A DNA stretch of 18,049 bases from a bacterium (lineage in GTDB: Bacteria; Muiribacteriota; UBA6191): contig JAYZAC010000161.1 of assembly GCA_036339875.1 (NCBI GenBank), positions 1-18,049 on the forward strand, written 5' to 3'. The position numbers and the translations under genes were made by a program. How positions within the stretch are numbered: position 1 is the stretch's first letter; each line of letters opens with the position of its first letter. Under the pieces are notes generated by a model, which had not been told where the DNA came from, made no database searches, and saw only the letters and a program-made list of their open reading frames with translations. Below are positions 16,159 to 18,049 of this stretch, in pieces.

Positions 16159-16557
16159 TTACCAAAGACCTTGATCTGTTTGCTGGTCTTCGTAACCTTT
16201 CATGATAGTTTCCTCATGATTAAGGTTTGCAGCTGGAGCAGGTGCAGGAACAACAGGCGCTTTCTTACGACGAGTTGCAGCCTTCTTTACAGGAGCTTGT
16301 ACAGCTTCTTCTTTCTTTCTACGAGGTAATCTCTTACCGGAAAGCTTAGCTATGATTTCCTCATGACTTCGCTTGTCTTGATAAGCTTCACGAATTGTCT
16401 TTAATACCTTTATAGCTTCAGTACTGAAAAGAAGAGCGTTACGAGGACCTTTTTCTACTGGGATTAAATCACCAAATTCGCTCAAATACTTACGAATTGT
16501 GCTTAATCCAATACCAGTTGCTTCGCCAGCTTCCTTCAATGTTTTTAGTTTTGCCAT
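16159..16557 (-). CDS. MerR-type helix-turn-helix DNA-binding protein with a K/R/A/P-rich C-terminal tail
   Basis: TLKEAGEATGIGLSTIRKYLSEF...KGPRNALLFSTEAIKVLKTI...SHEEI fits the MerR-like winged HTH pattern. Strong AAGGAG RBS at 16564-16569. Confidence 0.8.
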   Translation of the reverse strand: MAKLKTLKEAGEATGIGLSTIRKYLSEFGDLIPVEKGPRNALLFSTEAIKVLKTIREAYQDKRSHEEIIAKLSGKRLPRRKKEEAVQAPVKKAATRRKKAPVVPAPAPAANLNHEETIMKGYEDQQTDQGLW

Positions 16558-17326
16558 TTTTAACTCCTTAAGTTAATGAATTAGTTGATGTTTATATAAA
16601 CCTTAAAAAAGTCTTATATTAAATATAGCTAACCTTAATATCGTTCTTATAGATAAGGGGATTAGCTAGGTTTGTCAATTTAATAATTAAAAAAACCTTT
16701 TTTTTTAAGAAAAAATTAAATAATCTCAAATTAAAGTCACTATATTTTAATGATTTAATATCAAAAATAAATTATCTAGATAAGCACTCACTTATAAGCT
16801 TAACTACAGGTTTATCAATATATAGCTAGGTACTAATATAAATAGTACACAGTGAAGTCAATAAGTTGATTACTAACAGTGCTCGCGATGTCGATGGTAG
16901 ACTGGATTTGTTAGTTGAGAAAATGCATTCTGATATGACGAAATTAGTCGTATTGATAGAGCTACTCAAATAAGAGAACGGGTTGGTATCAAGAATACTA
17001 AAGAATGTGAAAATATATTTTAAAAATACCTAGCTTGCTCTGGCTGATTTGGTTGGAGCACAAAGTAGACGAAACTATCATTAATTTTTTGGATAAAAGT
17101 TTAGAACAGAATACATTCATCATTAAATTACAGCGATCAATCTGAATGTCTAATAACAAATTGCCTTAGCAAGTAATGTAACGAAGGCATTTTGATTTTA
17201 AGGAGATAGAAATCCATTTGAAGAACTTGTTATAAACCTTATACAAGTTATTTGTGATGGATAATATCCCAAAATGAGAATCAGATTTGATAAAATCGAG
17301 TTAAATTTTGCTTCTTCAAAAACTTT

Positions 17327-18049
17327 ATGGAAATAGATCGACACCTCAGGCATCAATTACAAAATAAAGAAATTCCACTAGGAGAGATTCTTAAAGAGAA
17401 AGGCTTCATAAGCCTAATCCAGTTGGAGGAGGCTCTCGAAATTTCTCAAAATAGAGAGGAACCACTGGGGCTGGTATTATTAGAATTAGGTCATATTAAC
17501 CAGCCACAGCTGAAAATAGCTCTTCAAGACCAGGCAGCAATAAAAAAAATTCATAAAAAGAGAACCGGTAAAAAGCGTAGGCTAGGGGATATTTTAATGG
17601 CTGCTGGAGTTCTTACTGAAGAGCAGCTTGCAGGTGCTTTGGAATTCTCTGTAGCGCACGGTGTTCGCATTGGCGAAGCGTTAGTACAATTAGGTATTGT
17701 TACTGACGATGAATTAGCTAAATCAGTGGGCGAGCAGCTCATGATCCCATATATTAAACTTGCCAAAACGCCTCCGGATCCTCTGATTATGGATAAAGTT
17801 CCATCAAAGATGGCTCAGAAGCATATGGTTATGCCGGTCAAACTAGAAGATGGACAACTATTTGTTGCCATGGTAGATCCCCAAAATATTTTAGTTATTG
17901 ATGATATAGAAATGTCTACTGGCTTACGGGTAGTACCCATGATTGTGTCTGAGAAAGATTTCAAAAATAGCTATGACGCTCACTATGGCGAAGGTGCTAT
18001 GGCGGATAGTTTGATTGAAATGATCGATGAAGCAGAAGATAGTACTTTG
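17327..18049 (+). CDS. PilB/GspE/MshE-family secretion or pilus ATPase, N-terminal part (partial, 241 codons visible)
   Basis: Manual translation from ATG 17327 (in-frame stop at 17291): MEIDRHLRHQLQNKEIPLGEILKEKGFIS...RLGDILMAAGVLTEEQLAGAL...RIGEALVQLGIVTDDEL...VPSKMAQKHMVMPVKLEDGQLFVAMVDPQNILVIDDIEMSTGLRV. This is MshEN motifs plus the T2SSE N-terminal domain. The ATPase domain is not in the window, so the full-length identity is inferred. Confidence 0.8.
   Translation, partial: MEIDRHLRHQLQNKEIPLGEILKEKGFISLIQLEEALEISQNREEPLGLVLLELGHINQPQLKIALQDQAAIKKIHKKRTGKKRRLGDILMAAGVLTEEQLAGALEFSVAHGVRIGEALVQLGIVTDDELAKSVGEQLMIPYIKLAKTPPDPLIMDKVPSKMAQKHMVMPVKLEDGQLFVAMVDPQNILVIDDIEMSTGLRVVPMIVSEKDFKNSYDAHYGEGAMADSLIEMIDEAEDSTL

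Noticed and set aside
16866..16973. 35-codon TTG-started ORF (..DGRLDLLVEKMHSDMTKLVVLIELLK), followed by stop-interrupted protein-like sequence to ~17200
   Set aside because: No RBS and no recognisable homology. It could be a small protein or gene remnant, but tBLASTx or ribosome profiling would be needed.
1..18049. CRISPR arrays, tRNA/rRNA genes, IS elements, integrases
   Set aside because: I saw no regularly spaced direct repeats, RNA-gene signatures, or transposase or recombinase motifs.

Overview
AT-rich bacterial DNA dominated by an unusual type II fatty-acid/polyketide-like gene cluster. A minus-strand operon starts at 12270, behind a near-consensus sigma70 promoter and a strong RBS, and runs off the left edge. 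It encodes, in order: a catalytically dead KS (chain-length-factor-like), a FabG-type reductase, a 1290-aa protein with an N-terminal ACP fused to a very long acidic helical body, a FabZ-type dehydratase, an active FabF-type KS, a 613-aa ferritin-like di-iron enzyme, and a second giant ACP-fusion paralog (>=937 aa, absent from the ORF track because it has no stop in the window). Next to the operon are two paralogous MBOAT acyltransferases, one lacking the catalytic His, flanking a DUF1702/UnbL-like gene of the kind known from enediyne clusters. The right end has a MerR-type HTH protein with a basic tail and its own terminator, an AT-rich divergent intergenic region, and the 5' part of a PilB/GspE-like gene with four MshEN motifs. 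The best candidate for a new system is an acyl-chain assembly line whose only visible carriers are two giant ACP-scaffold proteins. All family assignments come from motif recognition by eye, not database searches.
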